NCBI GenBank assembly: GCA_017531805.1
Contig: JAFXKG010000010.1
Location: 14,227 to 78,226 of the forward strand
Direction: 5' to 3'
DNA from: Clostridia bacterium
GTDB lineage: Bacteria; Bacillota; Clostridia; Christensenellales; UBA1242
DNA length: 64,000 nucleotides
Shown here: in pieces, positions 47,726 through 55,496 of the stretch
Layout: each line of letters opens with the position of its first letter
How positions within the stretch are numbered: position 1 is the stretch's first letter
Translations under genes and position numbers: made by a program
The notes under the pieces: model-generated
Database searches by the model: none
What the model saw: only the letters and a program-made list of their open reading frames with translations
Told to the model about the DNA's origin: nothing

Positions 47726-48559
47726 CTACTCCAATATAATGCGCCCTAATTTACCCGCGCGGAAATCTGTCAACAACACCTTACCTGCGCGCTCATGGTC
47801 AATTTCGCCACCACGGATTATACAACCGCGTTTTTTGCCAACAAGTTCTAATATATCTATATTCCGTGTATTTTTATCGTAATCAACACTATATTTTGAT
47901 TTTATTATGCCACAGTCAATTTCATTAAGTCGTGCAATAAGCCTAGTTGCAACATCTGTTAGGTTAAGCACTTCGTCTTTAACTGAACCCACGAAAGCAA
48001 GATTATATGCATAATCGTCGCGCTCAAAATTTGGCAATAATACGCCTGGTGTATCCATGATTTCAATGTTGCCGTCAATTTTAACCCATTGTTTGCTACG
48101 CGTAACACCTGCTTTGTTGCCAGTTACCGCCCTACCTTTGTTGCAAAGGTTGTTTACTATGGTAGATTTGCCAGAGTTTGGAACACCCAAAACCATTGCG
48201 CGAAGAATAAAATTTACACCTTTTTCTTTGTTAGATTTAATGCGTTCTGCAAACACTTTTTTAATTTCACTAACGATAATTTTTGCACTGCCACTTACAA
48301 TCGCATTTAAGCTGACGCAAAAATGACCTAAAGACAAAAAATATTGTTTTGCCTTTTCTATGTCTGCTTTTTCAACTAAATCTGCTTTATTTAAAACAAA
48401 AATTATAGGTTTGTTTTTGCAAACCTTAACAAATTCTGGATTAATACAACTTTTAGGGCATCTTGCATCTACAACATAAACAAAACAATCGCAAAACTTG
48501 CTGTCGTTTTGCATTTGTTTTAGCGTTTTGTTCATATGCCCTGGAAACCAGTTTATCAT
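47726..48559 (-). CDS. rbgA: Ribosome biogenesis GTPase A (YlqF/RbgA), circularly permuted GTPase
   Basis: INWFPGHMNKT; NKADL (G4) precedes GVPNSGKST (G1); DTPGV. Confidence 0.85.
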   Translation of the reverse strand: MINWFPGHMNKTLKQMQNDSKFCDCFVYVVDARCPKSCINPEFVKVCKNKPIIFVLNKADLVEKADIEKAKQYFLSLGHFCVSLNAIVSGSAKIIVSEIKKVFAERIKSNKEKGVNFILRAMVLGVPNSGKSTIVNNLCNKGRAVTGNKAGVTRSKQWVKIDGNIEIMDTPGVLLPNFERDDYAYNLAFVGSVKDEVLNLTDVATRLIARLNEIDCGIIKSKYSVDYDKNTRNIDILELVGKKRGCIIRGGEIDHERAGKVLLTDFRAGKLGRIILE

Positions 48560-48561
48560 AC

Positions 48562-48804
48562 TTATACTTCCTTTTCTTTTTCTTCTGCTTCTGTAAATAT
48601 TTTAGGATATTCTTTTCTACCCAACATGCAAACTTCCTTTTCGTCAATGTTTATTGATTTAACTTTATCTTCCATTGTTGGAAATTTATGTGCAAGCAAT
48701 GGTTTATCCAATTCTTCTAGATTTGCTTGTTTTTTACCGTATTTTCTACTTGCCAAAATTGATTTTTCTTTTTTTCTACTTATTAAAAATTGTAATATTC
48801 CCAT
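48562..48804 (-). CDS. Hypothetical protein (80 aa), 2 nt upstream of rbgA
   Basis: ORF tightly coupled to rbgA. No family recognised. Confidence 0.4.
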   Translation of the reverse strand: MGILQFLISRKKEKSILASRKYGKKQANLEELDKPLLAHKFPTMEDKVKSINIDEKEVCMLGRKEYPKIFTEAEEKEKEV

Positions 48805-48921
48805 GTTATCTCCTGCACTTTTATATTAGCATATTTTAAAATTTTTAACAAGATTTATTTTGTATTATTATTGACAATTTTCTTTTTGTGATATAATTTA
48901 AAATAAATTTAAGGAGAACTT

Positions 48922-49365
48922 ATGGGAATTTTAGACACAGAAGGCTTAGAATATTTTTATGAAGTTGAAGAAACTAGGCAGAAATTTGCACTAAATAAGA
49001 TAAAAAATTATTATTACATTGATAATTTTGATTTGATTAGAAATTTGCTAGAAAGACCTGGTTTAGATGATAATATATTTAAACTTTTTATTGATAAAAA
49101 TAATAATATTTTTGTAAGATTTTCTCTAGTAAAAGACTTTGAAATTATTTCTTACTACATTAGTGCTTTTAATGTTTACAAAGCAATGTATACAACTGCC
49201 GTTTATTTTAGAGATAAAGAAGCAACTAAACAATGGCGTAAAATAATGAAAGAAACATATCCCAAATATATTCAAGATGCGCAAAAGTTTTTAAAAGAAG
49301 AATTAAGAATCAAACAGGATAAACTTATTAATGAATTTAACCAAGAAAATATTGACTTATTATAA
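48922..49365 (+). CDS. Hypothetical protein (147 aa), opposite strand inside the trmD-rbgA block
   Basis: AAGGAG RBS 6 nt before the ATG; followed by a strong terminator. No family recognised. Confidence 0.5.
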   Translation: MGILDTEGLEYFYEVEETRQKFALNKIKNYYYIDNFDLIRNLLERPGLDDNIFKLFIDKNNNIFVRFSLVKDFEIISYYISAFNVYKAMYTTAVYFRDKEATKQWRKIMKETYPKYIQDAQKFLKEELRIKQDKLINEFNQENIDLL

Positions 49366-49395
49366 AAAAGAACTGAAATCTCAGTTCTTTTTTTT
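49364..49395. terminator. Bidirectional intrinsic terminator (orphan / trmD convergent pair)
   Basis: A-run, AGAACTGA-aatc-TCAGTTCT, T-run. The 3' arm contains the trmD TGA stop codon (49381-49383). Confidence 0.75.
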
Positions 49396-50067
49396 GTATT
49401 TATCCAACAAATCTGGTCTATTTCTCTTTGTTATTTCTAATGATTGTTCTTTACGCCAGTTTTCTATGTTTTTGTGGTGACCGCTCAATAATACATCTGG
49501 CACTTTCATACCACGATATTCTGCTGGGCGAGTGTATTGGTTATATTCAAGCAAATTGGTGCTGAAACTTTCTTCAACTGTACTTTCTGCCCTAATTACA
49601 TTTGGAATAAGACGAATAATACTATCCGCCACAACCATTGCAGCTAGTTCTCCACCTGTTAGTACATAATCACCAATTGAAAGTTCTTGTATGTCGAAAT
49701 AATCAATAACGCGTTGGTCAATTCCTTCATAATGACCGCAAAGCAATATAATGTGCTCTAATTTGCTCATTTCACGCGCTATTTCTTGTTTAAACACCTT
49801 TCCTCTAGGCGACATATAGAAAATGCTGGAATTCTCAGTTTTTACGCTCTCTATTGCCTTAAAAAGTGGTTCGCAAAGCATAACCATACCCGCACCACCG
49901 CCAAAAGGTTCATCGTCACATTTGTAGTGTGGTGGATTGGCAAAGTCTCGTATATTTATTATGTTTATTTCAACTTTTTTATCTTCTACAGCGCGTTTAA
50001 TAATACTTTCTTTCAAAGGCGCAAACATTTCGGGAAACAAGGTTAAAATATCTATTTTCATTTTCAA
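49381..50067 (-). CDS. trmD: tRNA (guanine37-N1)-methyltransferase
   Basis: IDILTLFPEMF...LLCGHYEGIDQRV...SIGDYVLTGGELAAMV. Confidence 0.95.
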   Translation of the reverse strand: MKMKIDILTLFPEMFAPLKESIIKRAVEDKKVEINIINIRDFANPPHYKCDDEPFGGGAGMVMLCEPLFKAIESVKTENSSIFYMSPRGKVFKQEIAREMSKLEHIILLCGHYEGIDQRVIDYFDIQELSIGDYVLTGGELAAMVVADSIIRLIPNVIRAESTVEESFSTNLLEYNQYTRPAEYRGMKVPDVLLSGHHKNIENWRKEQSLEITKRNRPDLLDKYKKKN

Positions 50068-50109
50068 TCCTTTTATTTTTAGATTCTTCGACTACGCTCA
50101 GAATGACAT

Positions 50110-50604
50110 TTATACACGCAAATCCTTAAATTTTTGTTCTTCAATTACAAAAGCGTCCTTTTCTTCGTCATAAACAATAATGTCATCAACATAAGGTATT
50201 GTATAAGACACTGAGCCACATCTGATTGTAAGGATAATTGTTGCACCATAGTCATCAAAATCAACCATATCACCTAGTTGTTCGCCTTTTTCATTGATAA
50301 CAGGTTTATTTAACAAATCTGACATATAAATTTTAACTTGAAACTCAGAATATTCTTCCCTATCAATATATATTGACATGTTTCTAAACTTTTCTGCTGT
50401 GTCAATATCTGGAATAACATCAATTGTAACTGAATATGCGTCATTATTAAGTGGTAGAACTTTTTTAATGTTAGCATTAACCTTTTTATGCGAAATATAA
50501 ATATGTTTAAAGATTGAAAAATCTTCATCAACATAACTTAACACCTTTACTGCGCCTTTTACACCATGTGGGCGCACAATTTTACCAATTTCTAATAAAT
50601 TCAT
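50110..50604 (-). CDS. rimM: 16S rRNA processing protein RimM
   Basis: LEIGKIVRPHGVKGAVKV; PRC-barrel C-terminus; upstream of trmD. Confidence 0.85.
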   Translation of the reverse strand: MNLLEIGKIVRPHGVKGAVKVLSYVDEDFSIFKHIYISHKKVNANIKKVLPLNNDAYSVTIDVIPDIDTAEKFRNMSIYIDREEYSEFQVKIYMSDLLNKPVINEKGEQLGDMVDFDDYGATIILTIRCGSVSYTIPYVDDIIVYDEEKDAFVIEEQKFKDLRV

Positions 50605-50691
50605 ACTTTCTCCTAATCTATTCTGATTTTGCTAATAATAAATTTATAATAATTCAAGTATAACATATTAATCTCAATTTTTCAATTAAAA

Positions 50692-51198
50692 CTATAAATT
50701 GTTTTCTTTTTCAGAAACTTCTTTAACATAATAAGCTAATTCAATAAACATAATTTGAAATAATTGTTCAATTCTTGGAACACGACTTCCAGAATTACAA
50801 AAGCATATTGTGTGCCATCTTTTTGGCACAGAAAAATTATCTTTAAGTTCTGTTTTAATAAATTCAATTATAAATTCCTGCTTGCTATTAGTAATTTTAA
50901 GAATATTAGCCTCATCAATGGGTCTATCTTCACTAATAAATGTAAAAATATTTTCTTTAAGAGTTAGATTATAAACATCATCTCGCTCTTTAATAAATTT
51001 AAATAATTTTGTTAAACCTTTAAACATTAAAGTATCTGATTTATCTATATAAAAAACTGTGTTTTGTTTATCTTCTGGAAGCCAATATAAATCTCCATTT
51101 CCGCCCATAAACATTGTAAATTTGTTTCCCAACTTATCGGTAATAATTATATTATATGTATCGTCTTTGTATGTTTCTCTTTTAACTTTTTCTACCAT
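50692..51198 (-). CDS. Hypothetical protein (168 aa) inserted between the KH-domain gene and rimM
   Basis: Start set to ATG 51198 (MVEKVKRE), preceded by ACGGAGTG. No family recognised. Confidence 0.5.
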   Translation of the reverse strand: MVEKVKRETYKDDTYNIIITDKLGNKFTMFMGGNGDLYWLPEDKQNTVFYIDKSDTLMFKGLTKLFKFIKERDDVYNLTLKENIFTFISEDRPIDEANILKITNSKQEFIIEFIKTELKDNFSVPKRWHTICFCNSGSRVPRIEQLFQIMFIELAYYVKEVSEKENNL

Positions 51199-51259
51199 AA
51201 ACACTCCGTAATACAACTAGATTATAACATAAAAATATATTTTTGTATAGTATTAAATT

Positions 51260-51291
51260 AAAAAAATGCGAGTATAATACTCGCATTTTTA
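51260..51291. terminator. Intrinsic terminator after the KH-domain gene
   Basis: Near-perfect palindrome ATGCGAGTAT-a-ATACTCGCAT flanked by A7 and T5. Confidence 0.7.
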
Positions 51292-51293
51292 CT

Positions 51294-51521
51294 TTACTTT
51301 GCATCAAATTTGATAACCAATCTTTCTTTATTGCTGGTTGACTTAACAACAGTGCGGATTGCGTTGGCAATACAACCACCACGACCAATGACACTACCTA
51401 AATCTTTATCGTCAACCTTAACTTTAAATACTTTGGTTTTGCCTTGATTTTCTACAGCAATTTCAACAGCATCAGGATTTGATACAAGGTTTTTAACAAT
51501 GTACTCTAACATCTCTTGCAT
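51294..51521 (-). CDS. ylqC: KH-domain RNA-binding protein (YlqC/UPF0109)
   Basis: LEYIVKNLVSNPDAVEI...DKDLGSVIGRGGCIANAIRTV. Confidence 0.85.
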   Translation of the reverse strand: MQEMLEYIVKNLVSNPDAVEIAVENQGKTKVFKVKVDDKDLGSVIGRGGCIANAIRTVVKSTSNKERLVIKFDAK

Positions 51522-51532
51522 AACTTATCTCC

Positions 51533-51826
51533 TTATGCTTTTTTCTTTTTATTGTTTGTTTTAGGCACGCTGTTACCTTTAACTTCCAAAACACCAACTT
51601 TTTGAAGAAGTGTTTTAGCAGTTTCTGTAGGTTGAGCACCATTTTTGATCCACTTGTTTGCGAGTTCTGTGTTGATTTTGATTTCTGCAGGGTTTGTAAG
51701 CGGATTGTAAGTACCGATTTGTTCGATATATTGACCATCACGAGCTACTCTTGCATCTGCAACAACAACACGATAGAAAGGTGATTTTTTGTCGCCTAAA
51801 CGAGTTAATATGATTTTTACTGCCAT
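51533..51826 (-). CDS. rpsP: 30S ribosomal protein S16
   Basis: [42 protein letters not shown]. Confidence 0.95.
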   Translation of the reverse strand: MAVKIILTRLGDKKSPFYRVVVADARVARDGQYIEQIGTYNPLTNPAEIKINTELANKWIKNGAQPTETAKTLLQKVGVLEVKGNSVPKTNNKKKKA

Positions 51827-51861
51827 GATTATTTCTCCTTTTTAATATTTAAATTGTTGAT

Positions 51862-51890
51862 AGTATAGCATACAAAATGCATGTTGTCAA
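51862..51890 (-). promoter_or_regulatory. Near-consensus sigma-A promoter of rpsP
   Basis: TTGACA (51885-51890), 17 nt, TGcTATACT (-10 at 51862-51867); AAGGAG RBS before ATG 51826. Confidence 0.7.
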
Positions 51891-51920
51891 GTATTTTTAC
51901 TTTACATTTTGTAATTTTTT

Positions 51921-51952
51921 TAAAAAAATAAGCAACTAAATAAATTAGTTGC
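51921..51952 (-). terminator. Intrinsic terminator of the ffh transcript
   Basis: Minus strand: GCAACTAA-tttat-TTAGTTGC then TTATTTTTTT. It lies downstream of all ffh-tail copies. Confidence 0.7.
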
Positions 51953-52302
51953 CTATCATCTTCCTTAATATATCTATTTTACATATTATGAAAATGATTA
52001 AAATTGTCCTCCCATTAGTTTTTTTCATCATAGCCATTTTACCGCCATAAGCCTTTGGGTTTTTCATCATTTTCATAACACAAAAAATTTGTGTTGGCTT
52101 GCATGATGAGCCCTGCCCAAATTCAATGTCGTTAGCCACCCATGAGCTTACGCATCATGGCCATCTTACCTCCATATGCCTTTGGGTTTTTCATAGACTC
52201 ATAAAACACTTTGTGTTTTGTGAATGCTTCTTATGAACCCATCATCTTACGGAGCATCGCTGCGCGTCCCCCGTAAGCCCTCGGGTTCTTCATCATTTTC
52301 AT
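51945..52302 (-). repeat. Tandem array of diverged copies of the ffh 3'-terminal coding module (Met-rich tail)
   Basis: Copy 1 is the ffh end, MKMMKNPRAYGGRAAMLRKMMGS* (52231-52302). Copy 2 is MKNPKAYGGKMAMMRKLMGG* (52132-52194), in frame with ffh. Copy 3 is MKMMKNPKAYGGKMAMMKK... (52020-52076) in another frame, running on to ...LRKMIGN* (stop at 51945). Confidence 0.85.
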
Positions 52303-53577
52303 CATTTCTTTAGATTGGTTAAATTGTTTAATTAATTGGTTAACATCACTTACTTGCACGCCTGCGCCCTTTGCTATGCGTTGGCGTCTGCTACCATTGA
52401 TTATGTCTGGATTTAAGCGCTCTTTGGCAGTCATAGATTGAATTATTGCCTTATTTTTTTCTAAGGCTTTGTCGTCAATCTGATCTTCTATTTGTTTTAA
52501 TTTGCCACCAATACCTGGTAGCATACCTAAAACAGATTTCAATCCACCCATTTTCTTGAGTGAGTTTACTTGTTCTATATAATCGTTAAGGTCAAAACTA
52601 TTTTCGCGGAATTTACGCTCCATTTCTTTTGCAGTTTGTTCATCCACTGCTTCTTGTGCTTTATCAATGAGTGTTAAAACATCTCCCATGCCAAGAATTC
52701 GTGACGCCATTCTGTCTGGATAAAATGGTTCTAGATCAGTTAATTTTTCACCCACACCGACAAACTTGATTGGTTTACCTACCACTGAACGAATTGAAAG
52801 TGCTGCACCACCACGAGTGTCACCATCTGTTTTTGTTAGTACCACACCTGTAACATCAAGCGCGTCATTAAATGCCTTAGATACTGACACTGCTTCTTGA
52901 CCAATCATTGCGTCAATTACTAGCAAAATTTCTGTTGGATTTGCAACTTTTTTGATTTCTTTGATTTCTTCCATCAATTTTTCGTCAATTTGAAGGCGAC
53001 CAGCAGTATCCACTATAACAGTGTCTAGCGCAAATTTTTCTGCATATGCGATTGCTTCCTTAACAGTTTTTGTTGGATTTTGTGTACCACGCTCAAACAC
53101 ATCAATTTGTATTGATTTGCCCAACACCTTAAGTTGATCAATAGCAGCTGGACGATAAATATCACACGCAACAAGAAGTGGTTTTTTACCTTCTTTTTTT
53201 AGTTTTAATGCCAGTTTGCCAGACATTGTTGTTTTACCACTACCTTGCAAACCACACATTAAAATAACTGTAGGTGGTTTTGGTGATACATTTAATTTTT
53301 GATTTTCGCCACCCATCAAAGATGTTAATTCATCACGCACAATTTTGATAACTTGTTGCGTTGGAGTGAGACTTTTTAAAATCTCTTCTCCTAGCGCTTT
53401 TTCACTTACACGCGCACAAAAATCTTTGGCAACAACATAGTTAACATCAGCTTCTAAAAGTGCAATACGAATTTCACGCATTGCCTCTTTAATTTCAAGT
53501 GCAGTAAGTTTGCCATGCTTTGTCATTTTAGAAAAAATGTGGTTTAATCTATCTGATAAATTTGAAAAAAATGCCAT
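52231..53577 (-). CDS. ffh: Signal recognition particle protein Ffh
   Basis: NG domain GLQGSGKTT, DTAGR, TKTDGD; Met-rich M domain. Confidence 0.95.
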   Translation of the reverse strand: MAFFSNLSDRLNHIFSKMTKHGKLTALEIKEAMREIRIALLEADVNYVVAKDFCARVSEKALGEEILKSLTPTQQVIKIVRDELTSLMGGENQKLNVSPKPPTVILMCGLQGSGKTTMSGKLALKLKKEGKKPLLVACDIYRPAAIDQLKVLGKSIQIDVFERGTQNPTKTVKEAIAYAEKFALDTVIVDTAGRLQIDEKLMEEIKEIKKVANPTEILLVIDAMIGQEAVSVSKAFNDALDVTGVVLTKTDGDTRGGAALSIRSVVGKPIKFVGVGEKLTDLEPFYPDRMASRILGMGDVLTLIDKAQEAVDEQTAKEMERKFRENSFDLNDYIEQVNSLKKMGGLKSVLGMLPGIGGKLKQIEDQIDDKALEKNKAIIQSMTAKERLNPDIINGSRRQRIAKGAGVQVSDVNQLIKQFNQSKEMMKMMKNPRAYGGRAAMLRKMMGS

Positions 53578-53897
53578 TAAATGTCCTCCAATAACGCTAT
53601 AATTTCTAGTCTTGTCATCATACTGATATCCTTTTCAGACTTGTCTTCAAGGATATGTTTAATTTTTTCGTCTCGTGCCACAAATCCTAATTTTTCTTCT
53701 GTAGATTTGAGTGTAACAATAGCTGTATCTACCGCGTCTTTAACTGCTTGACGGCTTATAGATAATTCTTCACTAACTTCTTGCAAAGACAAATTGTTAT
53801 CTACATACATCTTTAAAATGTCTTGTTGTCTATCTGTTAAAAGTTTGCCGTAATATTTGTTTAATACTGCAACCTGCACTATTTCTTCTATGTTCAT
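53577..53897 (-). CDS. ylxM: YlxM/UPF0122 helix-turn-helix protein
   Basis: LNKYYGKLLTDRQQDILKMYVDNNLSLQEVSEELSISRQAVKDAV. Start ATG 53897 with an AAGGA RBS; the track start 53957 overlaps the nudix gene. Confidence 0.8.
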   Translation of the reverse strand: MNIEEIVQVAVLNKYYGKLLTDRQQDILKMYVDNNLSLQEVSEELSISRQAVKDAVDTAIVTLKSTEEKLGFVARDEKIKHILEDKSEKDISMMTRLEIIALLEDI

Positions 53898-53907
53898 TTT
53901 AGTCCTT

Positions 53908-54459
53908 TTAAATTTTATTTTTAAAGTTTTCAAAAACTGGAATAAAGAAATCAACAAGTTTTATTGATTTACCTATTTCATTTATAGGTGCCCAAATAAC
54001 GCTTTGGTTTTCATCTGGTTTAATTTTTAATGGTTGATTTTCATCCGCTTCGAATAAATATACTACATCCAAATGAGTATGTGCAGAAATAAATTTACCA
54101 CGCTTAATATGTGCTGAAACAGGACCCGTCCAAACTGAAAATATTTCTTTGCCTATATGTTTTGCTTTTATTCCTGTTTCTTCTTCAACTTCACGCAAGG
54201 CTACAGATAAACAATTTGCTTCGCCATCTACATGACCACCTGGAAAAATATAACCCTTATAAATATTATGATAAACCAATAAAATTTTTGTTTTTTCTTT
54301 ATTTACAACAAATGCAGATGAAGAAAAGTGAACCAAAACATTATCCCTTGTTAGAACATCATCAAAAAAATTGATACACTTTAAAAAAAATTCTTTATCT
54401 CTTTGTTCTTGCTCGCAAGTAGGTTTAAAATTTTCAATTTGTTGTTTTAATTTTTCCAT
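53908..54459 (-). CDS. NUDIX hydrolase
   Basis: Nudix box GGHVDGEANCLSVALREVEEETGI. Confidence 0.8.
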   Translation of the reverse strand: MEKLKQQIENFKPTCEQEQRDKEFFLKCINFFDDVLTRDNVLVHFSSSAFVVNKEKTKILLVYHNIYKGYIFPGGHVDGEANCLSVALREVEEETGIKAKHIGKEIFSVWTGPVSAHIKRGKFISAHTHLDVVYLFEADENQPLKIKPDENQSVIWAPINEIGKSIKLVDFFIPVFENFKNKI

Positions 54460-54466
54460 TTATCAC

Positions 54467-55330
54467 CTACATTAAGATTTTTTCTACAAAACTTTCTGCG
54501 TCAAATGTATCCATGTCGTCTACACCTTCGCCAAAGCCTGTAAATATAATTGGAACTTTAAGTTCGTTTATTATTGGATATACAACCCCACCTTTTGCTG
54601 TTCCGTCAAGCTTTGTAAGTATTATGCCATCAATATTAACACTATCTTTAAAAGCTTTTACTTGAGCGATAGAGTTTTGACCTATAGATGCATCTAAAAC
54701 AATCAAATTAAGTTTTTTGGCTTCAGGATATTGACGATTGACAATATTGTTGATTTTTTCTAACTCTTTCATAAGATTAGTTTTTGTATGAAGTCGACCT
54801 GCTGTGTCTACAATCAGTACATCATTATTTTTTGCCTTCATACTGTCTATCGCATCAAAAACAACAGAAGCACTGTCTGCACCCTCGCCTTGCTTTACAA
54901 TTTTAACCTTAAGTTTTTCTGCCCAATTGGATAATTGCTCTGTAGCAGCGGCGCGGAAGGTATCGCCAGCGGCAAGAATTACACTTTTCTTTTTGCTTTG
55001 AAAATACTTTGTCATTTTAGCAATACTTGTAGTTTTGCCAACGCCATTGACACCTACAACAGTAATAATCAATGGATAATTAAATTCAACTTTATTTGCG
55101 TCTAATTTAGAAATTAGCAAGTTTTTAAGCTCATCTTGCGCTCGTTCTGTATCCTTAATAAGTTTTTGCTTGCAAATGTCTTTAAGCTCGTCCATAATAT
55201 CTAAAGCTGTTTCAACACCCATATCGCTTGAAACAAGGACAGACTCTAATTCATCATAAAAGTCGTCATCAAGTTCTGTGCGTTTAAAAGTGTATTTAAG
55301 TTTATCAAAAAACTTTTTAAATATTCCCAT
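54467..55330 (-). CDS. ftsY: Signal recognition particle receptor FtsY (short, NG domain with minimal A region)
   Basis: VVGVNGVGKTTSIAK, DTAGRLH, TKLDGTAKGG. Start ATG 55330 (MGIFKKFFDKLK) with an AAGGAA RBS. Confidence 0.9.
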   Translation of the reverse strand: MGIFKKFFDKLKYTFKRTELDDDFYDELESVLVSSDMGVETALDIMDELKDICKQKLIKDTERAQDELKNLLISKLDANKVEFNYPLIITVVGVNGVGKTTSIAKMTKYFQSKKKSVILAAGDTFRAAATEQLSNWAEKLKVKIVKQGEGADSASVVFDAIDSMKAKNNDVLIVDTAGRLHTKTNLMKELEKINNIVNRQYPEAKKLNLIVLDASIGQNSIAQVKAFKDSVNIDGIILTKLDGTAKGGVVYPIINELKVPIIFTGFGEGVDDMDTFDAESFVEKILM

Positions 55331-55496
55331 AATATTCCTTTTGATTGTATTGTATTGCATTGTTGTCAAGTTTTTATCTTGAATAAAATTTTTAAATGCT
55401 AGATTAAAAGATATATCTACCTAAGTTGTCGACTAAAGTAAATATATCTAAATACAATATTTAGCGTATACATTAAATAATATACGCTAAATGTAT

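Noticed and set aside
51182-51741. ORFs 51182-51394(-) and 51493-51741(-) overlapping ylqC, rpsP and the terminator.
   Set aside because: They are alternate frames of well-supported genes, and one spans an intrinsic terminator.
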